From an uncultured Candidatus Saccharibacteria bacterium (GTDB lineage Bacteria > Patescibacteriota > Saccharimonadia > UBA4664 > CAZOQX01): a stretch of 64,000 nt of DNA. The DNA lies in contig CAZOQX010000001.1 of NCBI GenBank assembly GCA_964582465.1, forward strand, positions 89,214-153,213. The letters are read 5' to 3'. Of the stretch, positions 10,058-20,684 are shown in pieces; the stretch's first letter is position 1; the number at the start of each line of letters is the position of its first letter. The translations under genes and the position numbers were made by a program. Below the pieces are notes generated by a model. That model was not told the origin of the DNA. It did not search any database and saw nothing but the letters and a program-made list of their open reading frames with translations.

Positions 10058-10258
10058 GGCTCCTTCTTTGTCAAAGGGCCCTGGCTGGCGGCCACAACTC
10101 GGCGCCCCGCTTCCAGGTTCGCGAGAGATCAGCTGGGCACTTGGCAGCTTGGCAATCTCCGCTCCAATGAGAACATCGCCATCGGTTCCCTGATGGACTT
10201 ACAGTCTCACCAAGATTATACCTTAATAACTGATTAGCTAGCCGCTATAATGGCATAA

Positions 10259-11836
10259 GTGAATAAACTGCTAGAACGCGCCAATAGAAGAATTAGTACG
10301 GGGTCGGCCGCCGTCTTAATCGGGGCCGCTTTTATGGCGAGCCGCCTGCTCGGTCTACTGCGCGACCGCTTGCTCGCGAGCCACTTCGGTGTGAGTTCCG
10401 TCACCGACGCGTATACAGCTGCCTTCCGCCTGCCCGATATGCTCTTTACGCTGCTTGTCTCCGGCGCTCTGGCTGTGGCGCTCATCCCGATTCTAAGTGA
10501 GCATTGGCATAAGGGCGAAAAGGAACAGACCTGGGAGCTTGCCTCCAGCCTCATTAATAATCTGGCTCTTATTACTATTTTTGCGAGTGTAATTTTATTC
10601 ATCTTTGCTCATCCGCTGGTAAAACTAATTACGCCTGGCTTTGATGCCCACCGCCATCTGCTCGCCGTCAACATGACAAGGATCATGCTCGTGACGCCGT
10701 TCTTGTTTGCGATTTCAAGCGTGGTCGGCTCAGTTAGCCAGGCTTTCGGCCGGTTTTTGTTTTTTGCTACGGCCGGCATATTTTATAATCTCGGAATTAT
10801 TGTGGGCATTGTGGCGCTCGCGCCTCGCTTCGGAATATATGGTGTGGCCTATGGGGTGGTGATGGGGGCGGCCTTGCAGGTAATTATGCAGGTTTTGGGC
10901 TTGACCGGGTTGGGCTACAAGTATCGCTGGACGCTAAAGTGGCGTCGCACCAGCGTGGGCCGAGTGATTCGCCTGATGATTCCGCGCTCAATTGATCAGG
11001 GTATTGATCAAATCAACTACACTGTCGAAACAATCATTGGCTCGCATCTAGCCGCTGGGTCGCTCACGGCCTACTACTACGCCAATAATTTAAAGAACGT
11101 GCCCCTGGTGCTTTTTGGGACATCAATCGCTACAGCCGCTTTCCCAAGCTTGGCGTCTAGTGCGGCCGCCAAGGACCGGACGGGTGTGGTCGAGAACTTT
11201 GTGCTAAATGGTCGGATGATTCTATTCTTGGTTCTACCGGCGGCTACGGCAACCATTTTGTTGCGCGGCTACATTGTGCGCTTGCTCTTCGGATTCGGCA
11301 ACGCTACCACGGCCAGTACCCTGGGATTTTTTGCCGGTACAATTTTGTTTCAGAGTTTATTCTTCTTAGTGGCGCGGGTCTATTACGCTATGCAGGACAC
11401 CAAGACACCCCTTTTCACCAGTATTTTTGCGATCGGCCTCAATATCATTTTAAGTATTATTTTGGCGCGGCACATGCAAGTGGCCGGACTGGCCTTGGCC
11501 CAATCGATCGTGGCAGCTTTCGAAGTGTCGTTACTCCTTATAATCTTGCGCCGGCGGTTGGGTAACATCGGGCTAAAACCGCTGGGCGAGGGATTGCTTA
11601 GGATGCTGATCGCAAATGCCATCATGGGCAGTGCGATCTACATTTTAGTGGCGCGCGTCCTGCCACTTTATAAAATCGATCGTGGATTCCTGGTGGTCGG
11701 TCCCAAGTTTGCCGCCATCGTCATAATCGGCGCTCTGGTTTATCTCATCCCTTGCTATTTGCTCAACCTAAAGGAGGCCAAGCAATTTGTCTGGCGGCTG
11801 TTTAGTGCCTTGCGCCGGCCGATGACATTGGATTAG
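10259..11836 (+). CDS. murJ: Lipid II flippase MurJ (MviN)
   Basis: SRLLGLLRDR..A..FG, DAY.AAFRLPD, YYA.QDTKTP motifs; multi-TM. Confidence 0.95.
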   Translation: MNKLLERANRRISTGSAAVLIGAAFMASRLLGLLRDRLLASHFGVSSVTDAYTAAFRLPDMLFTLLVSGALAVALIPILSEHWHKGEKEQTWELASSLINNLALITIFASVILFIFAHPLVKLITPGFDAHRHLLAVNMTRIMLVTPFLFAISSVVGSVSQAFGRFLFFATAGIFYNLGIIVGIVALAPRFGIYGVAYGVVMGAALQVIMQVLGLTGLGYKYRWTLKWRRTSVGRVIRLMIPRSIDQGIDQINYTVETIIGSHLAAGSLTAYYYANNLKNVPLVLFGTSIATAAFPSLASSAAAKDRTGVVENFVLNGRMILFLVLPAATATILLRGYIVRLLFGFGNATTASTLGFFAGTILFQSLFFLVARVYYAMQDTKTPLFTSIFAIGLNIILSIILARHMQVAGLALAQSIVAAFEVSLLLIILRRRLGNIGLKPLGEGLLRMLIANAIMGSAIYILVARVLPLYKIDRGFLVVGPKFAAIVIIGALVYLIPCYLLNLKEAKQFVWRLFSALRRPMTLD

Positions 11837-11903
11837 CTGATCACGCTTGTGTTTTAGCGGGTGAGTGGTATGCTAAAAACTAGCATTAAAGTGGAGTAGA
11901 GTT

Positions 11904-12074
11904 TTGGGAAAGATCGAAGCACTAGTCATAATTCTGGTTATTGTCCTGGTTCTCTTCGGTGGTAAAAAATTGCCAGAGCTGGCCAGGGGTATTGGCCAAT
12001 CTGTTAAGGAAGTTCGTAAGGGCTTTACCGGTGATGTCGATGAGCCAAGCAAAGACGAAAAGCCCAAGTCCTAG
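11904..12074 (+). CDS. tatA: Twin-arginine translocase subunit TatA (56 aa)
   Basis: Manual translation, absent from ORF track: MGKIEALVIILVIVLVLFGGKKLPELARGIGQSVKEVRKGF..., with the classic TM-FG-amphipathic helix. TTG start with GGAG upstream. Confidence 0.93.
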   Translation: MGKIEALVIILVIVLVLFGGKKLPELARGIGQSVKEVRKGFTGDVDEPSKDEKPKS

Positions 12075-12080
12075 ACTTCC

Positions 12081-12968
12081 ATGAGCAAGGGCGTTGCCAG
12101 TCCGTTTTACACCCATGTTCAAGAATTTCGGCGCAGGCTATTCTGGACAGCTTTAGTTTTTCTGGGAGGCGCTGGAGCTGGCTATTTCTTTCGTTTACCA
12201 CTGACTAAGGTACTAAACCAGCCGATTGCTCAGCCACTTTTTTATACTTCTCCGAGCGGCGGGTTTGATTTCTACGTGAAGATTAGTTTGGCGGTTGGGT
12301 TGATGGCTGCAATCCCGGCAATTCTGTATCATCTTGTCCGTTTTATCGACCCGGCTTTTGAACGGAAAATCCATGGCCGACATCTAAGCTTGCTTGTCTT
12401 GCTCTCGTTTACGTTGATGCTAGCCGGCATGGCGTTCGCTTGGTTTGTGGTGTTACCAATGAGTTTGCACTTCTTTTCGAGCTATAACAGCCACTTTTTA
12501 AATCCACTCATCTCGGGTACGGAGTACCTCGCCTTTATTATCAACATGTTGGTAACATTTGCTCTCATTTTCCAGCTGCCCCTGCTGCTGCTGTCCGTCA
12601 ATTGGATTACCCCGATCAAGCCGCGCAAATTATTGAAGTTCCAACGCTACGTGATCGTGGGCAGCCTAATTATTGCCGTCATTTTGCCCTTTACCTACGA
12701 CCCAATTACCCAATTTGTGATTGCGCTGCCGATCATCGGTCTCTATGAATTCTCGGTGCTATTGATTTGGATGGTCAACCGCAGGCCGAAGTATAACTTT
12801 GACGCCTTCCCGAATTATCTACCACAGGACAATCTTAAGCTGGCTGGCCCAGAGCCGGCTACGGTGTTCGTCGATTTGCCTACGCTTGCCCCACCTGCGA
12901 AGATATCCCACCCTGTGCCCTCAAGGGTGCTTGACCTCAGGTCACCACAGCGTAATTACGCCGCTTAA
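12081..12968 (+). CDS. tatC: Twin-arginine translocase subunit TatC
   Basis: H..E.RRRL, FI.PA, F.LIFQLP, DP.TQ...A.P...LYE motifs; six TMs; follows tatA. Confidence 0.92.
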   Translation: MSKGVASPFYTHVQEFRRRLFWTALVFLGGAGAGYFFRLPLTKVLNQPIAQPLFYTSPSGGFDFYVKISLAVGLMAAIPAILYHLVRFIDPAFERKIHGRHLSLLVLLSFTLMLAGMAFAWFVVLPMSLHFFSSYNSHFLNPLISGTEYLAFIINMLVTFALIFQLPLLLLSVNWITPIKPRKLLKFQRYVIVGSLIIAVILPFTYDPITQFVIALPIIGLYEFSVLLIWMVNRRPKYNFDAFPNYLPQDNLKLAGPEPATVFVDLPTLAPPAKISHPVPSRVLDLRSPQRNYAA

Positions 12969-12973
12969 GCCCA

Positions 12974-15208
12974 TTAGCTAGCTCCCGTTCTAGCTGAGGC
13001 AACCGTGCGAGTGGCAGATAGCGATCGGGTAGTAGCGCTAGTGTGAGTCGTGGCTGAGGGACGCTTGGTAGTAAAGTCAAAGCCAGTGTTACCAGAAACA
13101 TTGGTACCATGGTAGGCCAAGACGGGTGTACGGGTACCGGTAACCGTGATGTCTTGGATGGAGTTATAACTCGATACCCAGGTGCCCGAGGAGCCGAGAG
13201 CGATGGTGGCAGCAGTACCACCAACATTAGATTTGATAGTCAAAACCTTAGTTGAGATCCCAACCGAAGTGAAAGACGTCTGAATGGTCTGAGTAACGTT
13301 CGGACTTAAGTTAATAGTTTTGGCACTTCCCCCGATAAGGAGGCGGTTATAGGTATTCGCTCCCGTGACTGTCAGGGTAGCCGTAGAGTTGGAATCATAT
13401 GTCACTGTACCAAAAGTGGTTCCGTTCGGCGCAAAAGTCATAGTTGCTACAGCTGATCCTGGAGATATCGTAAAAGTCGCTGAGCTAGCATTCACAGTAC
13501 CGCTCGTAACATTGACGATGCTAATGGCATCACGGTTACAGTTCAAAATGATATTCGAGCTTCCCAAGTTGAACGTTCCGCCCGTACAGGTAAACTGGCA
13601 GACAGTGACGGTTTTGCTGTTAGTATCGAAGGTTCCCGCCGAGGCGGTAACGGAAGAGGACGTCGCCCCAGAGGCGGGGGCAAAAGTCAGATTGTCTTGT
13701 AGAGTATAGGTTCCGCCGCCAGATGCCACCTGCGGCCGCCAGCCTAAACCCAAACGCATGCCGTTCGTGGTTAGAGTTTGGCTGCCCCTCCCCCGAAGCA
13801 CCCAGTTGATTACTGCAGCGTCTGCAGTCATGGCTCCTAGAGTTAAGTTGCCGTAAAAGGTGGAATCAAGGTTAGGCGCAAGAGTTGGATTATTAGCAAT
13901 AGCCGAGAAATTCACATGCCGACCTTTACGGGGCATGTCACCGGTGATCGTCCTTCCAGTTGAAGTAATCGAATTGGCGGTAAAGAACACATCGTCCTGC
14001 GCCAAAGGCACCGTTGCACCTGAGGCACCGCCATCTGAAGTTGACCATGAAGTAGTGTTACTCCAGTTACCGCCGGTCGTTGCTACCCAGTAACGATTGA
14101 CGCCGTTGCCGCCATTAGATGTACCGGCGTTAACAGTGAAAGTAATATTCGAATTGCCTAAAGCATCTCCGAGCGAAGTTCCCGTCCAGGCCGCGTTACC
14201 GGGCAGACCAGCACCCGTGATGTCTTGAAAGTCGGCGTTAGTCAGCGAAATGGCCCCAGCTGTAATCGTGGTTGCGGCTCCAAGGGTGTTAGCCTGCACG
14301 AGCAGTCTATTTGTCAGCGAGTTACCAGTAGCAGTAAAGGTGTTCGTGATAGTAACGGAGGAGTGACCCCATGATATTGAGTCAGTCTTGGCGGTCGTAC
14401 CCGTACGGGTAAGGTTTGTGTACGTTGGGTTAGTCGCGTTATTGTCGCCCATGGTCACTATGCCAGAGCCAGAAAAGATCACGGTCCCGTAAGTAACTGC
14501 GGTATTGCCCCCTCGAAAGGTGACGGCTGCCCCTGAGCAAGTAATCGTTGAACTCGCAGCATTGAGCGTCATCCCGCTTGAGTTCTGAGATTGCCATGAA
14601 GTACCGGCGCCTGTGATTGTGATAGCTGAATTTGTAATGGTCAAAGTCCTTGTATTGGTGTTATTCGAGTTAAAATTGCCCAACGAAAGTGTTTGGCCAT
14701 TGGTGTCGAGCGTACCTTGGGTCAGTGTGACAGTACCCGTTGAGTTAGTATTTAATGCACTCGTCAATTGGTAGCTTCCGGTCACGCTCCCCGACCCGAA
14801 GGTAACAGTATTGGGCATGGTCTTGCCCTTAGTGTCAACCACTTGGGGGGTAGCAGCGGTTGTCCTAAGCAAGACCTGGGCCGACTTATTGACCCCCAGT
14901 GTATAGGTCATGGCGTTAGAAAACTTCAGGATTACGTTACCAGTTCCCGCCGTGGCATCACCCATGTTAAGTAGGGTGGAATCACTATGGGTCAGAACGC
15001 CCCCGTAGTCACCCGTTCCAGAGGTACAGTCCAAGGAACGGCAAGCCGAGTTAATGTCTATTGTGACGTTGCCACTGCCTGTTTCGAAAATAACGTCATC
15101 AGCAGTCGTGGGTGGGCCAGACGAATCACCCCCAGCCGACGAGACGTTAGACCATGTACTAGCGGCACTCCAATTGCCACCAGCTGCTTTAGCGTAGAGC
15201 GTAGCCAT
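12974..15208 (-). CDS. Array paralog 6 (type C2), 744 aa G/S/T/N-rich putative beta-helical fibre/adhesin
   Basis: MATLYAKA start, W..SGG..P...DDV.F repeats, conserved RTGAS tail, no signal peptide. Confidence 0.85.
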   Translation of the reverse strand: MATLYAKAAGGNWSAASTWSNVSSAGGDSSGPPTTADDVIFETGSGNVTIDINSACRSLDCTSGTGDYGGVLTHSDSTLLNMGDATAGTGNVILKFSNAMTYTLGVNKSAQVLLRTTAATPQVVDTKGKTMPNTVTFGSGSVTGSYQLTSALNTNSTGTVTLTQGTLDTNGQTLSLGNFNSNNTNTRTLTITNSAITITGAGTSWQSQNSSGMTLNAASSTITCSGAAVTFRGGNTAVTYGTVIFSGSGIVTMGDNNATNPTYTNLTRTGTTAKTDSISWGHSSVTITNTFTATGNSLTNRLLVQANTLGAATTITAGAISLTNADFQDITGAGLPGNAAWTGTSLGDALGNSNITFTVNAGTSNGGNGVNRYWVATTGGNWSNTTSWSTSDGGASGATVPLAQDDVFFTANSITSTGRTITGDMPRKGRHVNFSAIANNPTLAPNLDSTFYGNLTLGAMTADAAVINWVLRGRGSQTLTTNGMRLGLGWRPQVASGGGTYTLQDNLTFAPASGATSSSVTASAGTFDTNSKTVTVCQFTCTGGTFNLGSSNIILNCNRDAISIVNVTSGTVNASSATFTISPGSAVATMTFAPNGTTFGTVTYDSNSTATLTVTGANTYNRLLIGGSAKTINLSPNVTQTIQTSFTSVGISTKVLTIKSNVGGTAATIALGSSGTWVSSYNSIQDITVTGTRTPVLAYHGTNVSGNTGFDFTTKRPSATTHTSATTRSLSATRTVASARTGAS

Positions 15209-18200
15209 CAGCTGGCCCCCGTTCTGGTAGAGGCTAAAGTTCTGGCGTTAGCGCGTGCCCTCGTGACTCCTATCACGCTGCGGGTTACGCTGTTCGGCCG
15301 AATGGCGGAGAAATTGAAGCCCGTGTTGCCCGAAACGTTAGTGCCACGATGAGCTGCCACGGGGATATTGCCAGTCACGGTGATATCGGTTAGAACATTA
15401 TTAGTTTGTGACCAAATACCGGTAGCACCGAGCGCAAATATAACGGGCGTGCCCGGAGTAGCGGAACTGATCGTAATGGGTGAACTAGATCGCCCGATTG
15501 TAGTCATGTACCCCGTAACTGTGAAGGTTTGACCGGCTTGAACGGAAATGGTGTTCACGTCTATAACCACATTCCTAAACGTCGGCGACTGGTTGAACGT
15601 AAACGCCGGTGTTGAGCGGCCTATGATGAGGTCGATATTAGTATAAACATTATTGCCCCAAGATAATTGATGCGGTGTGACTGCCGCCTTATCCCCGACG
15701 ACAATCTGTCCCGCTGATGGGCCGATAGTTGTAGCAGTAGCACTCAGGGTGTATGGCGTACCATTAACACCAATCCCCAACCCAGTGATGATAATTTTGC
15801 CATTATTAAAGGTCAAAACTTTGGTTTGTCCATTATTACCGTTAAAAAGCGGGGTAGTAAGAGCGAACCCATTTAAATTAAGTTCTCCCGTTCCCAAACT
15901 GTTTACGCCCGTTGCACTGGTGAGGGTCATATTATCCATTAATTTATAGCTACCTATGCCGGCTTGAATTTGGCAAGGGGGAGCAATAACGCCGCCTGTG
16001 GTGAGGGTTTGGATGCCTCCGCGTCCGTTATAAATAACTACGTTGTTGTACGTCCCATTCGTTGTTCCGGTCTGGTTCCAGTTGCCCCCAACTGTCACGG
16101 CACCACCGGCGTTGAAGCTTAGTGTGGGTCTATTTTTAACGGCCGAAAAATCAATATCTTTACCGATTCTTACTTGATCCACAGTGATGGTCATACTGGT
16201 TGAGCCGACTGATGCGGCGTTAATATTTACCGCGTCGTGGATTAAGGGGATACTGGCTCCACTTGACCCTCCCGATGAAGCCGACCACGAGTTAGTACTG
16301 GCCCAAGTAATGTTTGGATTTTTGACTGTCACTGTGGCGGCGTTCGTAGAGCTTTCGGTGAACGAGGCTGTACCGGCCGACTGCGTCGTAAAGTTGGCAT
16401 CAAAGGCTGTTGTCCCGGCAATACCGTTTAAAACTACGACTCGGTAAATGTTACCCGTTGCCCAGTTGGAAGTACCGCCGCCGTTACCGATTTCCAGTAG
16501 CTGTGTGCCATCAAACAAGCCCTCAATCGTGGTCGATATGTTTGCGCCTAGCTGCGTCCAGACACTCGGAACGCTGGCGGAATCAGCGGCGGTGAAGAAC
16601 TGCACCGTGCCGGTAGTGCTGTCTCTGGTTGCCCGTACCCACATAGTTGCTCCATTAGTAATACCATTTACCACCGTTGAAGTGGCAGTGCGGAGGGTTG
16701 AACCGTTGGCGCTAGTTCTAAGATTGAAGTTACCCGCCGTATCAACGTAAAAAGCATAGGAGCAGGTTGAGGTCGAGGCGTACTTTGCTGCTAAGTACTG
16801 AACGGCCGCAGGATTGGTCCAGTTATCTAGAGCGACCCTCACCCTTATATCAATCGAGCCGGTAATGGATAGGGCAGCTGAGTCAGGGGCGGTGGCTTCA
16901 CCTGTAGTTAAGCCATTCAGTCTTAAGTATGATCCGTTAAGAGCAGCTGCCGAAACCATATACCTTGTAACTGGGGTGGTAAATTTAGTGCCGGCATTGC
17001 CGTTGCCGTCACCAGAGAGCCCCGTCACCGCCGATAGATCGAGAGGGGTTGCCGTAGTGCCCCCAACCACCCACGTTGAGGCCGAATTAGCCTTTTCAAG
17101 CATAGAACCATCGATATAAAACGTAGTTGCTAGGGTGCCATTGACCTTGACTCCTACCTGCAGGGCATTGCCGAGCGTCGGGTGGGGAGTATTGCCCATC
17201 GTTAAAGTAATTGAGTACCGATCCCACCCTCCGGTAGCAGTACCACTGGAAGTGTAGACGGCACCGTTAGCCCCAAAGTCTACTCCCGCCAAAGTGATGG
17301 GTGTGCCGGCCGGAGCCAGGATATATGTTGAATACGTGTAGGTTGTACCCGACGCGCCATCGGGCAGGCCTTGGCTTGCGCCCAACACATATTGCCAAGC
17401 GCCTTCAGTGGCTCTGGCCGTATCAGTTACAACCTGGAAAGAATAATTTCCTTCCCAAGCAAAGTTAGAGCTAAAGGCGCTACTGGCAGCAGCATTGGCA
17501 GTAGAGTTGTTAGAGTTGGCGCTCCAGCCGCCACTTGAGATTTCCACCCTAGAGCAATGGGGCCTTAAGATATTGTCGCCGGCATTAAAGTTACTCTCCT
17601 TATAAAAGAAAATGTCCTGAAAGTCGCAATTGGAGATCGACGGGGTGTTAGTGTAAATGATATATCTGGCGCTGCCGACCGTGCCGTTGACCACGCTAAT
17701 ACGGTTTGTCACGCTATTGCCCGCAAAAGTGATATTAGTACAAGTCACCGTGGTACTAAGGGCAAGACTGTCTAGTTTAGAGGCCGTGCCGGTGCGAGTG
17801 AGGGTAGATATGGTTGTGCCAGTCGCTGCCGATGTTAAAACTGCCTGCCCGGTCCCCGTGAAGTTGACTGTGCCATAGGCTTGGCCACTGCCCGAAAAAG
17901 TAGCGGCCGCCCCACTTATGGTGATGGTTGAAGAAGCCGCTGAACAAGTTAAACCGGTAATCGCTCCCATGTTAAACGAGGTACCAGTACCAGTGATGGT
18001 TACATTAGCCGTACCAAATACAATCGTTCGGTTGTTTGAGTTATTGGTATTGAATAGTCCCCAAGAAATTGTCTGATTATTTAAATCAAGGGTTCCACTG
18101 CTGAGAGTGGTGGTCGAAGTAGCGGTAGACGTCCAAGCCCGGGTTAGTTGCCACGAACCACCGCTTTGGAACTGAACGTTCCCGGTAGTCGTACCTACAC

Positions 18201-18573
18201 CAAAGTCAACCGTCTGTACCGTTGCCGATGTCGAAGAGAACCTCAAGAGAGAATTTGTGGCACTCACTGGCGTATATGTTCCCGTGAACTTCCAAGCCAC
18301 GTTGCCCGGGCCTGGCGTAGCGTCTCCAATGTCTAATATAAAGGTGGTGTTGTGTGTGAGTGTGCCGGCATAATTGCCTGTCCCAGCGGTGCAGTCTAGG
18401 CTGCGGCAAGCGCCCGAGGCGTCGATAGTTACATTCCCTGAGCCGGCTTCAAAGATAACATTGTCGGCAGACGTTGGAGGTCCGGCCGAATCACCTCCAC
18501 CAGAACCAGTCGCAGACCATGTACCGGCAGCAGACCAGTTACCACCAGCGGCTTTAGCGTAAAGCGTGGCCAT
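15208..18573 (-). CDS. Array paralog 5 (type B2), 1121 aa, with CBM-like and LamG/concanavalin-like inserts
   Basis: Same scaffold; insert ending FYIDGSMLEK (CBM4/9-like) and APDSAALSITGSIDIRVRVALDNW (LamG-like). Confidence 0.85.
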   Translation of the reverse strand: MATLYAKAAGGNWSAAGTWSATGSGGGDSAGPPTSADNVIFEAGSGNVTIDASGACRSLDCTAGTGNYAGTLTHNTTFILDIGDATPGPGNVAWKFTGTYTPVSATNSLLRFSSTSATVQTVDFGVGTTTGNVQFQSGGSWQLTRAWTSTATSTTTLSSGTLDLNNQTISWGLFNTNNSNNRTIVFGTANVTITGTGTSFNMGAITGLTCSAASSTITISGAAATFSGSGQAYGTVNFTGTGQAVLTSAATGTTISTLTRTGTASKLDSLALSTTVTCTNITFAGNSVTNRISVVNGTVGSARYIIYTNTPSISNCDFQDIFFYKESNFNAGDNILRPHCSRVEISSGGWSANSNNSTANAAASSAFSSNFAWEGNYSFQVVTDTARATEGAWQYVLGASQGLPDGASGTTYTYSTYILAPAGTPITLAGVDFGANGAVYTSSGTATGGWDRYSITLTMGNTPHPTLGNALQVGVKVNGTLATTFYIDGSMLEKANSASTWVVGGTTATPLDLSAVTGLSGDGNGNAGTKFTTPVTRYMVSAAALNGSYLRLNGLTTGEATAPDSAALSITGSIDIRVRVALDNWTNPAAVQYLAAKYASTSTCSYAFYVDTAGNFNLRTSANGSTLRTATSTVVNGITNGATMWVRATRDSTTGTVQFFTAADSASVPSVWTQLGANISTTIEGLFDGTQLLEIGNGGGTSNWATGNIYRVVVLNGIAGTTAFDANFTTQSAGTASFTESSTNAATVTVKNPNITWASTNSWSASSGGSSGASIPLIHDAVNINAASVGSTSMTITVDQVRIGKDIDFSAVKNRPTLSFNAGGAVTVGGNWNQTGTTNGTYNNVVIYNGRGGIQTLTTGGVIAPPCQIQAGIGSYKLMDNMTLTSATGVNSLGTGELNLNGFALTTPLFNGNNGQTKVLTFNNGKIIITGLGIGVNGTPYTLSATATTIGPSAGQIVVGDKAAVTPHQLSWGNNVYTNIDLIIGRSTPAFTFNQSPTFRNVVIDVNTISVQAGQTFTVTGYMTTIGRSSSPITISSATPGTPVIFALGATGIWSQTNNVLTDITVTGNIPVAAHRGTNVSGNTGFNFSAIRPNSVTRSVIGVTRARANARTLASTRTGAS

Positions 18574-20684
18574 TAGCTGGCTCCCGTTCTAGTTGATGCG
18601 ACTGTGCGGGCGGCAGAGACTGCTCTGGTTGAGGCTGAACTGTGAGCAACGGCTGAGGGGCGCACAGTACTGGTGGTGATGCCGGTGGTGTTAGAGAGAG
18701 TGCCGTGGTAAGCCAAGACAGGCCTGCGGGTACCGGTGACAGTGATATCTGTGATGGTGTTGTAGGCGGATTGCCAAGTACCTGAACCGAGAGCAATGGT
18801 GGCGTTTGAACCTGGCGTCGATGAGTTAATAGTGATCACCTTGGTGGGGTCGGCGACGGCGGTCAAGGCTCCAGTGATGGTTTGGGTAATGGCACTAGTC
18901 AGGGTAACAGTTTTGGGCGACTGGATAGTCACGTTAGCAAATGTGTTGGCACCGGTGAAAGTAACGGCTCCGATGCCGCCGCCAGCAATCACGAGGTTGT
19001 TGTAGGTTTTGCCGGCACCAGAGAACTGCTTTGACGAAGCCGTGGTGTTGGTGGAGTTGATAGTCGATGTCTGAGCGTTGACTGTGATGTTCGTGCCAAC
19101 AACCCAAAACTGACTAGTGCCAGTCAAGTTCCAAGTCCCCGAGCCCATGTTGATCGTAGTCCCGTTTATGGCTCCGGACGTGGTTTCGCCCACAGCCGTC
19201 ACGTTATGGCCGTTAGCGTCAAACGTACCTGAAGTGATACTTATAGTATTGCCAGGAATGACAAGATCGTCTTGTAGCGCATAAGTACCACCCGGTGCGG
19301 CGACTATGAACGCTCTTGGCATGGTCTTTCCGGCGCTTGTCATGGTGTAGTTCGAGCGGCCGCTAAGTTGGACTGAAATGTTCCCGCCGAAGGTCATTGC
19401 CGATGATAGGGTCAAAGAGCCAAAGAAGAAGTTCGTAATGCCGCCGCCACCGGACATAGTGAAGGTTCTGGTAAAGTCGGTGAAGTTGACGTTCTTTCCA
19501 AGCCTCGGCATATCTCCCGTCAGGGTCCCAGCCGTGGTTGTGTTGATGATGACGTCATCCTGGGGCAGCGGCACGCGTGAAGTCCAGGCAGCGGCACTCG
19601 ACCAGTTATTGGTTCCGCCAACGTAGGTCTGCGTAACTGGGGCATCAAACGTGATGTTCGAATTTCCTTGAGCATCCCCTAGCGACGTACCCGTCCAAGC
19701 AGCATTGGCTGGCAGGCCAGCTCCGGTGATGTCCTGAAAGTCCACGTTTGTCAGCGAAATGGCAGCCGCGTTGAGGGTACGTGACGTACCGACAGTGTCG
19801 CTCTGGACAAGCAACCTGTTGGTGGTCGAGTTGCCAGTAATTGTCAGCGTACCTGTAACAGTCAGGGTGTTGATCCCGAGAATTAGACTGTCTGTCTTGA
19901 CGTTGGTACCCGTTCTCGTAAAGTTTGCGACTGTCAGGTTGTTATTCAAGAGCTTGGGCGTACCGGCCCCAGAGAACACGACTGATGCGCCATTCAAGTT
20001 TAGCGCACTGGTCACTGGCTGTATTGTATTGTTCCCCGAGTAGGTCCCCGTGAATGTGAGGATAGCCGTGTTGGCTGTGACCGTGAGATTATCGGATCGG
20101 ATTTGGTTGGAACCTGTGCCGTTAAGTGTGATCAGTGAGTTGCCAAGCGTCAGCGTGCGCGTGTTGGCATTGTTGGAGGCGAACTGTCCCCAAGAGCAAG
20201 TCTGACCATTAGTATCTAGTGTACCCAGAGTTAGCACAACTGTTTGGCCACCTGAGTTGAAGGTACCAGTGAGCTGCCATGAACCGCCCGCCCCGTTAAA
20301 ATTCACCGGGCCGCTAGATGTTTGGTTGGCAAAATCGACTGCTTGGACAGTTGAGGAGGTTGATAAGAAGGAAATAGTACCACCAGCTGTATATGTCATA
20401 CCTGCCACAAATTTCAGAGCAATGTTGGAAGCACCTGGGGTGGAATCGCCAATGGCTAGGGTGATACCTCCCGAAGCCATTGCCAGAATATGTGTAAACC
20501 CAGTGCAGTTAATTGAACGACAATTGGAGGCTACGTCGATAGTGCAGTTGCCGGGTGAAGAGGCAGTGAAAAACACATCGTCAGCTGAAGTCGGGACGGA
20601 GAAACCAGAGCTACCACCATCAGAATCTGACCATGATGCGGTCGAGCTCCAGTTGGTGCCGCTGCCGACAAAATAGCGCGCCAC
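18573..20684 (-). CDS. Array paralog 4 (type A2), 703 aa
   Basis: GTG start, MARYFVGSG; scaffold only; RTGAS tail. Confidence 0.85.
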   Translation of the reverse strand: MARYFVGSGTNWSSTASWSDSDGGSSGFSVPTSADDVFFTASSPGNCTIDVASNCRSINCTGFTHILAMASGGITLAIGDSTPGASNIALKFVAGMTYTAGGTISFLSTSSTVQAVDFANQTSSGPVNFNGAGGSWQLTGTFNSGGQTVVLTLGTLDTNGQTCSWGQFASNNANTRTLTLGNSLITLNGTGSNQIRSDNLTVTANTAILTFTGTYSGNNTIQPVTSALNLNGASVVFSGAGTPKLLNNNLTVANFTRTGTNVKTDSLILGINTLTVTGTLTITGNSTTNRLLVQSDTVGTSRTLNAAAISLTNVDFQDITGAGLPANAAWTGTSLGDAQGNSNITFDAPVTQTYVGGTNNWSSAAAWTSRVPLPQDDVIINTTTAGTLTGDMPRLGKNVNFTDFTRTFTMSGGGGITNFFFGSLTLSSAMTFGGNISVQLSGRSNYTMTSAGKTMPRAFIVAAPGGTYALQDDLVIPGNTISITSGTFDANGHNVTAVGETTSGAINGTTINMGSGTWNLTGTSQFWVVGTNITVNAQTSTINSTNTTASSKQFSGAGKTYNNLVIAGGGIGAVTFTGANTFANVTIQSPKTVTLTSAITQTITGALTAVADPTKVITINSSTPGSNATIALGSGTWQSAYNTITDITVTGTRRPVLAYHGTLSNTTGITTSTVRPSAVAHSSASTRAVSAARTVASTRTGAS

